A stretch of 64,000 bases of DNA from Squalus acanthias (Eukaryota), in contig CM059431.1 of assembly GCA_030390025.1 (NCBI GenBank), positions 102,364,001-102,428,000 on the forward strand. Direction: 5' to 3'. Below, piece after piece: positions 23,311 to 36,203 of the stretch. A program made the translations under genes and the position numbers. Position 1 is the first letter of the stretch. Each line of letters starts with the position of its first letter. Under the pieces are notes generated by a model that saw nothing but the letters and a program-made list of their open reading frames with translations, searched no databases and was not told the origin of the DNA.

Positions 23311-24637
23311 TAATCTCTGGCTTACATACACCACACTATTCTCTTAACCACCCCCCCAAAAGCTTAGTGCTCTCTGCTTTTTGCTTGTCAAGGCCTCCTT
23401 CTACTCCCCCTCATTTCATCCTCTGTTAAAAATCAAGTGAACAGCAATGGCTGTTTCTCTCTTTCTCAACTATCGGACACATGAAGGGACCACCCATCGT
23501 CCGGGAGCTTCCTAAACTACTCTAGGATATAGAAACACTTGTACAAATGCTGCAAATGTCCCCGATACGTTTAACACACGCTTATCATTTTAAACAATCA
23601 ACCACTTTAATTATACTCCCAAACTAATAATTGTCCTCAAGATATTTATCATCTACAACACTATCCCACAGATTTTAATTTCTAAAAGTGCGTTTTCTAT
23701 TTGCGTGCTTCAACTATACGGGAGATTTTCTACTTTGACAGACTGAGAAATTCCACAACCCAAGCCTGCAATTTTGTATCCTTTAATTTAATGGGCAGAA
23801 TATCACAGGATGGGGGTGCGTAACTTCCCTCTGTGTGTTTGCCAGAGTTTAAAAGTGGATAATCTCCTGCTATATTTCATCCACTGTCAGATTTATTTTA
23901 TTTTTGAACTTCACCAGTGTATCGGAAAAGCTCACTCGCCTCATTCAGGTCCACTGCAAAAGCCGAACTTCAGCAGTGGGAGAAATACAGGTTACCCAAT
24001 GAAAGCACGGAGTCGAGGCGTATAAAACAGCAGAGACCAGCAGAGCGCTCGGGGGGGAGGCCATTGGGCGTGGTCCGAGCGCTCTACATGGAAGAATACT
24101 GAACACTGCAGAAGATGTGGCGATAGACCCTCTGGGTATTTCATGCTACTTTTCTCTTCCACTCCTCTGGTAGCCCAACTATACATTGGTTAGTTACACA
24201 GCTTTTCCATTATCTCTCCAGATCATCCAGCTTGTGTCCTCTAGCCATTAACTTTTTGAATATCACCATCTTTCCTCGATTGCTCCCACACCTGATCTTC
24301 TGTCTAGGACTGACATTTTTCCGGGTTTCCTGATTCTAAAACGTTATTTTTTTTAGTTCATATATCTGGCTCCCTTTGGCATCACATGCCCTCTTTATTG
24401 AGACGGGTTGTTACAGTTTTCAGCTCCTACACCACACCAGGACCAGTCTGGAATGGCGAGACTCGGTGAAGTTGCAACTCTGTGCCAGAGCAGCCAACCA
24501 CTCGTGATATCCCTTCTTCTTCTTCTCTCCAACCTGCTTTCCCATTGCAGTAAAAAAGAAAATGGACACAGCTTATAATGATTTATCGCGCAGAATATGA
24601 ATGAATGTTAAACTAGGATTTTGCGCATTGATAGGTT

Positions 24638-24992
24638 TAACAACAGCAACTTGTATTTATCCGGCGCCTTTATCGTAGTAAAACGTCCCAGGGCGCTTCA
24701 CAGGAGCGATTATCAGACAAAAATCTGACCCCGAGCCACATGAGGAGATATTAGGGACAGGTGACCAAAAGCTTGGTCAAAGAGGTAGGTTTTAAGGAGA
24801 CTCTTAAAAGGAGAAGAGAGAGGTAGAGAAACAGAGAGGTTTGGGGAGGGAATTCCAGAGCTTAGGGCCCAGGCAGCTGGAGGCACGGCCGCCAATGGTG
24901 GAGCGATTAGAATCGGGGAATGTGCATGAGGCCAGAATTAGAGGAGCGCAGAGATCTCGGAGGGTTGTGGGGCTGGAGGAGGTTACAGAGAT
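24638..24992 (-). mobile_element. L2-like LINE 3' end
   Basis: Same family as 22538-23008. Confidence 0.8.
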
Positions 24993-25318
24993 AACTTACT
25001 TTAGGAGAGCCTTACACAGGTGGCTCCATCTTCCTCATATTTTTAATCTTCTTTGTACTTTACGACATGTTCGTTGCTTGTCCCCTCTCTTTTTTCTCGT
25101 TCGTCCAGTCGCTTTTGTTTCTTGCCTTTATTCACTTTTCCGCTCTCGTCTTTACTTTTCCCTCTCCTCCCCTTTCATTGCCTTCCCTCTGTTTTATGGC
25201 AATTCTTTGTTTCGATTATGTTCTTCCTGCTCTTCTTTCTGCCTCTCAAGTGACTATTCTCGTCAAGTCCTTTAGACAGGGTGCAGGAGAGGATTTACGA
25301 GAATGGTTCCAGGGATGT

Positions 25319-25487
25319 GTCCCTGACGGATTGTATCTCTGCAGACACATTGTTCTCTGTCTATATATACTGTGTAATCGATTTGTATTCCCTCACTGTA
25401 CCTGAAGAAGGAGCAGAGCTCCGAAAGCTCGTAATTTCAAATAAAACTATTGGACTATAACCTGGTGTTGTGCGACTTCTCATTTTG
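25319..25487 (+). mobile_element. Penelope-like terminal fragment with hammerhead motif (25399-25433)
   Basis: tac-CTGAAGA-a-ggagc/aga/gctcc-GAAA-gctc-gta. Confidence 0.65.
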
Positions 25488-26170
25488 GTTCCAGGGGTGA
25501 GGGACTTCAGTTACGTGGATAGACTGGAGAAGCTGGGGATGTTCTCCTTAGAGCAGAGAAGGTTGAGAGGAGATTTGATAGAGGTGTTCAAAATCATGAG
25601 GGGTCTAGGCAGAGTAGATAGAGAGAAACTGTTCCCATTGGCGGAAGGGTCGAGAACCAGAGGACACAGATTTAAGGTGATTGGCAGAAGAACCAAAGGC
25701 GACATGAGGAAAAACTTTTTTATGCAGCGAGTGGTTATGATCGGGAATGCACTGCCTAAGAGGGTGGTGGAGACAGACTCAATCGTGGCTTTCAAAAGCG
25801 AATTGGATAAGTACCTGAAGGAAAAAATTCGCAGGGCTACGGGGAAAGGGCGGGGGAGTGGGACTAGCTGAAGTGCTCTTGCAGAGAGCCGGCACGGGCT
25901 GGACGGACCGAATGGCCTCCTTCTGTGCTGTAACCATTCTAGGATTCTACGAGTTGTTGTGATCTGGAATGCGCTGCCAGAAAGGGCGGCGGAAGCAGAT
26001 TCAATAGTAACTTTCAAAAGGGAATTGGATAAATACTTGGAGGGGATAAATTTGCAGGGCTGCGGGGAAAGGGCAGGGGGAGCGGGACGAATCTGAGAGC
26101 TCTTTCAAACTGCCGGCATAGGCACGATGGGCCGAATGGCCTCCTTCTGTGCCGTATCGTTCTATGAGTT
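25487..26170 (+). mobile_element. Two tandem CR1 3' fragments
   Basis: DRLEKLGMFSLEQRRLRGDLIEVFKIMRGL...; two successive 3' UTR tails. Confidence 0.85.
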
Positions 26171-27319
26171 TTCATCTGCTCTGTGTCTAGATGATGGGCA
26201 TCAGCGAGCTATTTGATGAACAGTATTCCAGCTAACCCTGTTGTGCCCTTCCCCAACATGCACACACTTGTGTGGTCACACAGAAGCATTGGATAACAAT
26301 CAAGAGTGGTAAACTGGACTGGTTTCCCCGCGCCGCCCCCCCCCCCCCTCCACCCCTTTCTAGTACAAAGGTCGCAGTTCAGGGGGCTCTATCAGCACAC
26401 TGTCCTGCAGGGTTGCCAACCCTCCAGGATTGCCCTGGAGTCTCCAGGAATTGAAGATTAATCTCCTGGACACTCTCTTCTGCAAACGGCAGGTGATGCT
26501 CGATCAATTGTTAATGTTAAATCGGAGATTGATAGATTTCTGTTAACCAAAGGTGTTAAGGGATACGGGCCAAAGGCGGGTGTATGGAGTCAGGTCGCAG
26601 ATCAGCCACGATCTCATTGAATGGCGGAACAGGCTCGAGGGGCTGAATGGCCTCCTCCTAGCTCCTATGTTCCTATATTTTATATAAATGTAAAATTGCA
26701 TGTGTGTACACACTGGTGCGTGCGCACTTGCGCATGTGCGTGTGCGTGACAGAGAGACAACAAAATTAAATCAGAGCAAAAAGCAGCTTGATGGAGAAAG
26801 AAAATAACCTCAAATTGAGGGAGAGACCGTGGCCAACAAATAAAATTGGAATGACAGCTGGCCAGGAAGTGGTACTTCCTCGAACGGTATTTACTTTTAA
26901 GTCAGACTTCAAATTAAGTGGAGCCTCGGAACAAACAGCGGCTCAGAGGCACTCGATCTCCCAGGATTTCAGTTCTGGAAATCTAAATTTAGCTTCTCAA
27001 GTCAACCCACAGAATTACTGCAACGTAAACATGTCGGATAACGCCACCCTGTGAAAGGAGGGGCCAAGGATGAATTCTTGCGAGGAAACTGCCGATGCAA
27101 ACGTGTGGGAATAGAAGGAAAAGCTCGTGCAGGAGATGTACCGACCATGTTGGGAGAGGTAGGGATGGAACCGAGCAAGGGGGGCGGGGGGGGGGGGGCC
27201 ATGAAGATGGACCACAGAGGAGAACGAGGATCGAGGTTATCGATCCCGTCACAATACCGCAGAAAGATTCAGTAAGGTAAGGAGGGATAGCGCAACACAA
27301 TTGCAATCACAAAGGATGT

Positions 27320-27685
27320 CAACAACAACTTGTATTTATATAGCACCTTTAACGTAGTAAAACGTCCCAAGGCGCTGCACGGGAGTATTTTAAGACAAAA
27401 AATGTTTTTCACACCGAGCCACATAATGATAAATTAGGGCAGGTGACCAAAAGCTTGGTCAAACAGGTAGGTTTTAAGGAGCATCTTAGAGGAGGAAAGC
27501 GAGGCGGAGAGGTTTAGGCAGGGAATTCCAGAGCTTAGGGTCTAGGCAACAGAAGGCACGGCCGCCAATGGTTGAGCGATTATAATCAGGGATGCTCAAG
27601 AGGCCAGAATTAGAGGAGCGCAGATATCTCGAGGGGTTGTGGGGCTGAAGGAGATTACAGAGATAGGAAGGGGCGAGGCCATGGA
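27320..27685 (-). mobile_element. L2-like LINE 3' end
   Basis: HGLAPSYLCNLL...IGGRAFCCLDPKLWNSLP. Confidence 0.8.
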
Positions 27686-27973
27686 TGTCACTGGCGACTT
27701 TGACCAGGGTCACCCCAATGCTGTGGGCAAAGCAGAAACTAATTGGTCAACTTCATTATTTATTACTATTATTATTTCTGTGATCTGGAATGCTGTGCAT
27801 GAAATGCCGGTGGAAGCAGATTCAAAAGTAACTTTCAAAAGCAAATTGGATATATGCTTGAAAAGGAAAAATTTGCAGGGCTATGGGGAAAAAGTAAGGA
27901 GTGGGACTAATTGGAGAGCTCTTTTCAGAGAGCTGGCACAGGCACGATGGGCCGAGTAGCCTCCTTCTGTGCT

Positions 27974-28159
27974 ACCAGCAAATTTGCCTCCACTGTCCTA
28001 TAAACCAGGTGGACACCAATTCAGAAATTGGAGAGCTCGCCTTCTCTCTCTCTCTCTCTTCTCAAATCAGCATCCAATGGCACTGCAGGAAAGTGGAGGC
28101 AAAGAGAGAGTGATGCACAGAAGTCAGTTTGGTGCCATTTTCCGACAGACAAGATACAG
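27974..28159. repeat. Unclassified ~190-bp structured module attached to a CR1 3' tail (copy 1)
   Basis: Homologous to 51057-51267; internal 12-bp inverted repeat tttgcctccact/agtggaggcaaa. Confidence 0.75.
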
Positions 28160-28261
28160 CATGAAAAGGCCCACTTGTTCTTAAGTGCTTTCCCCCCCAC
28201 CAAAAAAATAGATTGTATTCATTAAAACAAATCAAAATATATGTAAAAAAGAAAACTTAAA

Positions 28262-28728
28262 GGAAGACTTGCATTTCTATAGCGCCTTTCACGACCTCAG
28301 GACATCCCAAAGCTCTTTACAGCCAATGAAGTACTTGTTGAAGTGTAGTCACTGCTGTACTGTAGGAAATGCGGCAGCCAATTTGCGCACAGCAAGCTCC
28401 CACAAACAGCAATGTGATAATGACTAGATAATCTGTTTTAGTGATGTTGGTTGAGGGATAAATATTGGCCCCAGGACACCGGGGAGAACTCCTCTGCTCT
28501 TCTTCGAAATAGTGCCATGGGATCTTTCACGCCCACCCAAGAGAGCAGACGGGGCCTCGGTTTAACGTCTCATCCGAAAGACGGCACCTCCGACAGTGCA
28601 GCACTCCCTCAGTACTGCACTGGGAGTGTCAGCCTAGATTTTTGTGCTCAAGGCTCTGGAGTGGGACTTGAACCCACAACCTTCTGACTCAGAGGCGAGA
28701 GCGCTGCCCACTGAGCCACGGCTGACAC
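28262..28728 (-). mobile_element. DeuSINE, full length
   Basis: Head, core and tail present. Confidence 0.88.
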
Positions 28729-29414
28729 TTACACACATAAATGGAAACCGAAAACCATTCTGTACATCGCAAGGTCATATCACAGTTCACAAGCACTTTG
28801 AGAAACATCATTCCAAGTTAACGTTGGCACAGATATGTCCATTTCTATCCAAACACTCACTGCACGTAACATATAACCCCTAGTGCTACACAAAGTGCCT
28901 CTGCTTACTGTCCTATGAAAGCACCCCATAAATGCATCTCCAGTGCCTCATTTATCCATTCCCAATCAAACAAGCCCCCCTTGGGGTATCCTGTTTCCTG
29001 TTTTTCCACAATGTTTCGAACAGCAGCCTGTTTTTAAACGTTGTATAATGTAGAAAGCAGACATCCACCCTACCTAACTGGTTTTAATCAACACCCACTT
29101 CTCTCCTGCACATTCCAGAAGGAATGAATAGCTTTTGTCTAGCCAGGGGCTGAAGACTACATCGCAATGACCTCTCACAGTTGTGATTTCAATTAGTCCC
29201 ACATTGCAAGGTGAAAGATTGTCTTTAAATGTTGCTCATAAAACACTGTGCCCAGATACAACTGGAAACAGTTACGCATTCTCAATAGTTGGTCTGATGT
29301 ACTCCTACATGTAAGCAAAAGGTACAGAAAGTGCCAAGATGTTACAGTAGACATTTTATGCTCAGCCAGTAACCCACTAAACACTACATTCATCTCAAGT
29401 TCGATGCCGAGTCA

Positions 29415-29810
29415 ACAACAACTTGTGCCTTAAACGTAGGAAAACGTCCCCAAGGCACTTCACAGGAGCCTTATCAAATAAAATTTCACACTGTGCCGCA
29501 GAAGAAGATCAAAAGAAAAAAAAGAAAGGACTGTGCCGCGACTGATTTAAGGAGCGTCTTAAAGGAGGGGGGACGTGGAGAGGTTTAGGGAGGGAATTCC
29601 AGAGCTCAGGGCCCAGGCAGCTGAAGGCGCGGCCGCCAATGGTGGAGCGATAAAAATCTGAGATGTGCAAGAGGCCAGAATTGGAGGAGCGCAGAGATCT
29701 CGGAGGGTTGTAGGGCTGGAGGAGGTTACAGAGATAGGGAGGTGCCGAGGCCATGGAGGGATTTGAAAATCAGGATGAGAATTTTAAATTTGAGGTATTG
29801 GTGGACCGGG
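29415..29810 (-). mobile_element. L2-like LINE 3' end
   Basis: PYNPPRSLRSSNSGLL...GGRAFSCLGPELWNSLP. Confidence 0.8.
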
Positions 29811-29956
29811 ACTCTGTTGTCAAAAGTTTGTCATGAGCGATAACCCATCTTTTTCTGTAATATAATATTTGCCAATCATTGCAAGGGCTAAGTAATGAAT
29901 TTTGTGTCCTTTGGAACAGAAGTAAAGACAAAAACTGTTGTATTTAATGCTTAAAT

Positions 29957-30698
29957 AAAAGAAAGACTTGCATTTATATAGCGCCGTTCACGATGTCAGA
30001 ACGTCCCAAAGCACATTACAGCCAATTATTACAATCACTGTTGTAAGGTAGGAAACCCGGCAGCCAAATATGCGCACAGCAAGCTCCCACAAAAGCAACG
30101 TGATAACAACCAGATAATCTGTTTTACTGATGTTGATTGAGGGAGAAATATTGGCCAGGACACGGGGGAGAACTCCCCTGCTCTTCTTCCAAATAGTACC
30201 GTGGGATCTTTTACGTCCACCTGAGAGAGAGCAGACGGGGCCTCGGTTTAACGTCTCATCCAAAAGACGGCACCTCCGACAGTGCGGCGCTCCCTCAGTA
30301 TTGGCACATAGAAACATAGAAACATAGAATCCAGGAGCAGGAGTAGGCCATTCGGCCCGTCGAGCCTGCTCCGCCATTCAATACGATCATGGCTGATCAT
30401 CCAAATCCAGTACCCTGTCCCTGCTTTAATCCCCACAGTACACATATCCCACCCTACCCCCGTAACCCCACGTATTTAATTCCCCCTAACATATCCCATC
30501 CTATCCCCATAACCCCACATATTTAATCCCACCCTAACACTAAGGGTCAATTTATCATAGCCAAATCAACCTAACCCGCACATTTTTGGACTGGGAGCGT
30601 CAGCCTAGCTTTATGTGCTCAAGTCCCTGGAGTGGGACTGTGAACCCACAACCTTCTGACTCAGAGGCGAGAGTGCCGCCCACTGAGCCACAGCTGAT
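29957..30698 (-). mobile_element. DeuSINE interrupted (~30307-30592) by a CR1-tailed, possibly V-SINE/HE1-like fragment
   Basis: SINE halves rejoin; the insert has a (catagaaa)n CR1 tail, a ~48-bp tandem duplication and ccaa..aacctaacc.gcacat.tttggactg. Confidence 0.65.
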
Positions 30699-31029
30699 AC
30701 TCTTGACTGATTAAGACTTGAAAGCAGTGCTTCCCTCCCCAGTAAGTCCCACTGGCGCGAGATCATGCCTGGTGCTCAATTACTTGTCCCTTTTTCATGT
30801 CAGCCGTGAGGCCGATATTTATCCCTCAACCAACATAACAAAAAACAGATTATCTGGTCATTATCACATTGCTGTTTGTGGGAGCTTGCTGTGCGCAAAT
30901 TGGCTGCCGCGTTTCCCACATTACAACAGTGACTACACTTCAAAAAGTACCTCATTGGCTGTAAAGCGCTTTGAGACGTCCCATGGTCGTGAAAGGCGCT
31001 ATATAAATGCAAGTCTTTCTTTTTTCTTT

Positions 31030-31200
31030 TTGAGAAGTCGCACAACACCAGGTTATAGTCCAACAGATTTATTTAAAATTACAAGCTTTCGGAGCTGTTG
31101 CCCCTTCGTCAGGTAAAGGTACAATGAGGGAATCTACAGTATTACACAGTATATAAACACAGAAAGCAATTTGTCTGCAGAGATACAATCTTTCAGGGAG
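31030..31200 (-). mobile_element. Penelope-like terminal fragment with hammerhead motif (31079-31116)
   Basis: Minus strand ttac-CTGACGA-a-ggggc/aaca/gctcc-GAAA-gctt-gtaa. Confidence 0.65.
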
Positions 31201-31525
31201 GCATTACATCAAAGACACACCGGAGCACAGCCAAGACAATGAGGTGGGTCACAGGGGGTCAAACGTGTCAAATCCTGCCGTCTGCAGTTGAGCTTTTAAC
31301 CTTTTTTTTTCTTTTTTAACCTTTCTTTTTTAACCTTTATCTTTTTAAAATGCCACACACTAATTGCTAGCTCGACCCCTCCCGCCCCTGCCTATACCTG
31401 GATAGCCCAAAGCGCTCAATCTGCTGCTGTTTCCCCTTACACATGTTGAAGATGCTTTGTCTGCTTCAAGGAGTGACTGCAACTACACAATTACATTGCA
31501 ACAGCCTTAGTCACTGGAAAGATCA

Positions 31526-31685
31526 TGATGCGGAGATGCCGGTGTTGGACTGGGGTGGACAAAAATGAGAAGTCGCACAACACCAGGTTATAGTCCAACA
31601 GTTTTATTTGAAATTACGAGCTTTCGGAGCGCTGCTCCTTCGTCAGGTAAAGTGAGGGAATACAAATACAAATCAGATACAAAGA
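31526..31685 (-). mobile_element. Penelope-like terminal fragment with hammerhead motif (31614-31650)
   Basis: 15-bp TSD tcactggaaagatca; minus strand ttac-CTGACGA-a-ggagc/agc/gctcc-GAAA-gctc-gtaa. Confidence 0.72.
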
Positions 31686-32163
31686 TCACTGGAAAGATCA
31701 GTCAATATTTCCCCTTTTTCAATTTAAAACTGCATTGTTTGATCAGTAACTCCAGCCCGGTAAGACACTGTACACCAATGAAACCATCTAGCACCCCTGC
31801 CCTTCCCCCTCTACCCTGGATATGAATGCGGTCCACCGATAGAGGAAGTTTTAGAATTCCCCACTCACAAGTAAGAAATCAATAATCAATTACCGTCCGA
31901 GCCCTACCACTTCTGCCATAGTCTAAGGTTAGGTTTGCGGTCAAACATATTAAAGAGAGATTTCCCAAGTGAATGAATCCAACCTGATTGTGTTTGGGGA
32001 AGGTGGAAGAGGGAATAGAGGCAGTCGACTAGCATCTCAGGCAGTCAGTCAGAGGTACTTATCGCTCAGAATACAGCAAGAGATAAGCAGGTAAGAGACA
32101 AGTTGCTTTTTATATACCCCAGGACCGTCTATAGTGCTGCTAGCTCCCAACTCACGGGTCGCT

Positions 32164-32797
32164 AAGAAAGAAAGACTTGGATTTCTACAGCGCCTTTCGC
32201 GACCACCGGATGTCCCAAAGCGCTTTACAGCCAAAGAAGTACTTTTTGAAGTGGAGTCACTGTTGTAATGTGGGAAACACAGCAGCCAATTTGCGCACAG
32301 CAAGCTCCCACAAACAGCAATGTGATAATGACCCGCTAATCAGTTTCAGTGATGTTGATTGAGGGATAAATATTGGCCCAGGACACCGGGGATAACTCCC
32401 CTGCTCTTCTTCGAAATAGTGCCATGGGATCTTTTACGCCCACCTGAGAGGGCAGACGGAGCCTCGGTTTAACGTCTCACCCGAAAGACGGCCCCTCCAA
32501 CAGTGCGGCGCTCCCTCAGTACTGCCCCTCCGACAGTGCAGTGCTACCTCAGTACTGCCCCTCCGACAGTGCGGCACTCCCTCAGTACTGCACCTCCGAC
32601 AGTGCGGCGCTCCCTCAGTACTGCCCCTCCGACAGTGCGGCGCTCCCTCAGTACTGCCCCTCCGACAGTGCAGCGCTACCTCAGTACTCACTGGAGTATC
32701 AGCCTAGTTTTTTTGGGCTCAAGTCTCTGGAGTGGGACTTGAACCCACAACCTTCTGACTCAGAGGCGAGTGTGCTACCCACTGAGCCACAGCTGAT
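32164..32797 (-). mobile_element. DeuSINE with about 6 units of the 33-bp internal repeat (~32490-32690)
   Basis: 11-aa periodic ORFs (STEGAPHCRRG); same unit as 8320-9010. Confidence 0.88.
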
Positions 32798-32832
32798 ACT
32801 AACCTTCCGGGATTGCCTGGGAGTCTCCAGGG

Positions 32833-32961
32833 TAATGTTCCCTTCACGCAGCGCTCCAGGGATCCCGTACAGCCGGCTTTTCAATCAAAAACCGCGCATG
32901 TGCGGTTAAAGGGACCAATTAAAGGGGCCGCGCGGCACCAAAAATATTACAGGGAACATTG
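32833..32961. mobile_element. hAT-type MITE
   Basis: TIR taatgttccct/agggaacattg with perfect 8-bp TSD ctccaggg; related copy at 58216-58386. Confidence 0.75.
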
Positions 32962-33081
32962 CTCCAGGGTTGCCCGGGCGTCTCCAGGAATGAAAGATCA
33001 ATCTCCAGGACACTTCTACAAGCAACACCTGGGAGAAAAATCATAGGGGCATTTAAAAAAGTGTTTCATTCATTTTCACAA

Positions 33082-33470
33082 TGTCAGCCAGTGTCTCAGT
33101 GGGCAGCACCCTCGCCTCTGAGTCAGAAGGTCGTGGGTTCAAGGCCCCACTCCAGAGACTTGAGCACAAAATCTAGGCTGACACTCCAGTGCAGTGCTGA
33201 GGGAGTGCTCCACTGTCGGAGGTGCCGTCTTTCGGATGAGACGTTAAACCGAGGCCCCGTCTGCTCTCTCAGGTGGACGTAAAAGATCCCATGGCCACTA
33301 TTTCGAAGGAGTTTTCCCCGGTGTCCTGGGGCCAATATTTATCCCTCAATCAACATCACTAAAAACAGATTATCTGGTCATTATCACATTGCTGTTCGTG
33401 GGAGCTTGCTGTGCGCAAATTGACTGCCACGTTTCCCACATTACAAACAGCATGTACACTTCAAAGTACT
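33082..33470 (+). mobile_element. DeuSINE
   Basis: Head and core present. Confidence 0.85.
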
Positions 33471-33812
33471 TTCTTTGAACACATTGGTTGATCAGCTCTA
33501 TTGGAGATGGAGAGCAAGAAAGGCCGTTTGACTGGCAGGTCCCCAATTGTCAACAAACATCCAATCGGGGAACGGTTTGTGTGCGTGAGGAAATCTCCTG
33601 GAAATCATCCGAAGCAGAATTGCCAACTCCAGTCTCACGTGGCCCAATGTAAACTCGCTGAAGGCTTTACGGGTGCCTGCTGGGAATAAACTGGCTAAAG
33701 GAACACCTTCTGCGGCGTTAGTACATGCTTGAACAAGCATTGACATGAGAAGAACTTTTTGGCCTAAGCAAGCTTGTCTTTGTTTCGAAGATCAGCACCA
33801 GCCCCTCACCAC

Positions 33813-34412
33813 AGGAACATAGGGACAGGAGGAGGCCATTCAGCCCCTCGAGCCTGTTCCGCCATTCAATGAGATCATGGCTGATCTGCGACCTAACTCC
33901 ATATACCCACCTTTGGCCCAGATCCCTTAATATCTTTGGTTAACAGAAAGCTATCAATCTCAGATTTAAAATTAACAATTGATCCAGCATCAATTGCCAT
34001 TTGGGAAGAGAGTTCCAAACTTCTACCACCCTTTGTGTGTAGAAGTGTTTCCTAATTTCACTCCTGAAAGGTCTGGCTCTAATTTTTAGACTATGCCCCC
34101 TCGTCCTAGACTCCCCAACCAGCGGAAATAGTTTCTCTCTATCTACCCCATCAGTTCCCCTTAATATCTTGAAAAATTCAATCAAATCACCCCTTAACCT
34201 TCTAAATTCTAGTGAATACAACCCTAGTTTGTGTAATCTCTCCTCATAACTTAACCCTTGAAGTCCAGGTATTATTCTGGTAAACCTGCGCTGCACTCCC
34301 TCCAAGGCCAATATATCCTTCCTAAGGTGTGGTGCCCAGAACTGCTCACAGTGCTCCAGGTGTGGTCCAACCAGGGCTTTGTACAGCTGCAGCATAACTT
34401 CTACCCCCTTGA
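33813..34412 (-). mobile_element. CR1 LINE 3' fragment
   Basis: LQLYKALVGPHLEHCEQFWAPHLRKDI...RRLRGDLIE. Confidence 0.9.
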
Positions 34413-35801
34413 ATTCCTTGCCAGCTATTTTACTGGGAGCATTAACTCATTTAAGATAAACCAGTTAACGTCTTCCATTAAAGCAGGGGGAAGAGGAGAA
34501 TTTTAGTAGAAGCATGTTAAACCTTCGTTTGATAGTTTAGTGGACAGCTAGTTCCATCCAGCGCATCTTCTCTCTCCAGGAACTCAGCGAAATATCTTTT
34601 GAAGCTACGTGCACTGTCTGCTTCACTTGCCTTCCCTGGGAACCTATTGCACTATTCAATTCTGGGTCGGATAAAAAATTTTCCAACTGACCTCCCTGCT
34701 TACTCCCATCTTCCCAATTTTTAAAACTCGTGTCCCTGGTATTTGAACTCTTCACCGGAATGAACAAATTGCCGAGATCAATTTCCTCATAATCCAGTAC
34801 TGCTGGTGTCTGATTAGTGCCTTACACGGCAACAATCGGACCTCTTCAAGTCTGCGCACCGTCTCCTTGCCAATACAGCAAGTACCTTGTTCACCATTGG
34901 CTTTACCCGCAGCTTAAGCATGCGTGACATTTTCATAGAGTTATTCAGCACGACTTCTAGATCTCTTTCCTGATCAGCCGTGGCTCAGTGGGCAGCACTC
35001 TCGCCTTCGAGCCAGAAGGTCGTGGGTTCATGGTCCCGCTCCAGAGACTTGAGCACATAATCTAGGCTGACACTCCCAGTGCAGCACTGAGGGAGCGCTG
35101 CACTGTTTCGGATGAGACATTAAGCCGAGGCTCCTTGATGGGAGCTTGCTGTGCGCGAATTGGCTGCCGTGTTTCCTACATTACAAGAGTGACTACACAT
35201 CGAAGCACTTTGGGCCGTCCTGAGGTCGTGGAAGGTGCTATATAAAGTCTTTCATCATTCTTTGATCTTCGTTCTTTGATCATCATATTCCTACTCCTTC
35301 ATTTCTGTTCTAGCTCCTTTACTTTTATATTTATCCAAATTAAAATCTATCTGCCACCCATTCGCCCAGTTACCCGAGGCCTTCTAAATCTGCTTGCATT
35401 GTTCCTCGTTATTTACCTCGTCTCCTATTTTGGTATCATTTGCAAACTCGGGTGATTTTCTTGTAGTGCCCTGATCCAAATCTTTCTTCTTAACAATGAC
35501 CTTCCTCGTATCTGTCAAGATTGTTTTCGATGTCATGACAAAAAAGTGAGAAGTCGCACAACACCAGGTTATAGTCCAACCTGGTGTTGTGCGACTTCTC
35601 ACTTTTGTCCACCCCAGTCCAACACCTGGCATCTCCGCATCATGACAAAAAAGAAAAGACAGACTTGCATTTCTATAGCGCCTTTCAGACCACCGGACGT
35701 CCCAAAGCGCTTTGCAGCCAAAGGAAACGTGGCAGCCAATTTGCGCACAGCAAGCTCCCACAAACAGCAATGTGAAAATTACCAGATAATCTGTATTACA
35801 A

Positions 35802-36130
35802 TAGCAAAATACTGCGGATGCTGGAAATCTGAAATAACAACAGAAAGCGCTGGAAACACTCAGCAGGTCAGGCAACCTCGAGGAGAGAGAAACAGAGTCA
35901 ATGATTCGGGTCGAACCCTTCGTCAGAACTGGAAAAGGTTAGGGAGGAGAGATTTTTAAGCAGGGGCAGGAAGGAGGGGAGGAAAGAACAAAGGGAAGGT
36001 CTGTGATAGGATAGAAGGCCGGAGAGACTGACTGACAAAAGGGATGATGGTGCAAGGCAAAAGGAGATGGGACAAGTTAAGAAACAAAAGATGGCTCGAG
36101 ATGATGTGTGAATGATGATGGCAGCAACAT
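35802..36130 (-). mobile_element. Penelope-like element 3' end (probable continuation of 39081-39333 across the CR1)
   Basis: Same orientation as the GIY-YIG remnant; homologous to 12060-12425 and 39476-39530; degenerate ctgacga...gaa motif. Confidence 0.6.
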
Positions 36131-36203
36131 TAACAGCTACCATGTGAGGAAACAAGAGAGAAAATATATAAAGAAATACAGGGGCCAATTTATAGTCTGA
36201 AAT

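Noticed and set aside
25020..25275. Hydrophobic, membrane-protein-like ORFs
   Set aside because: Pyrimidine-rich low-complexity DNA; no splice or homology support.
34537..34965. Apparent unique minus-strand ORF or host exon
   Set aside because: Frames give ERDLEVVL...KALIR and NTRD.SFK-like remnants of a very old CR1; no FARP1 similarity.
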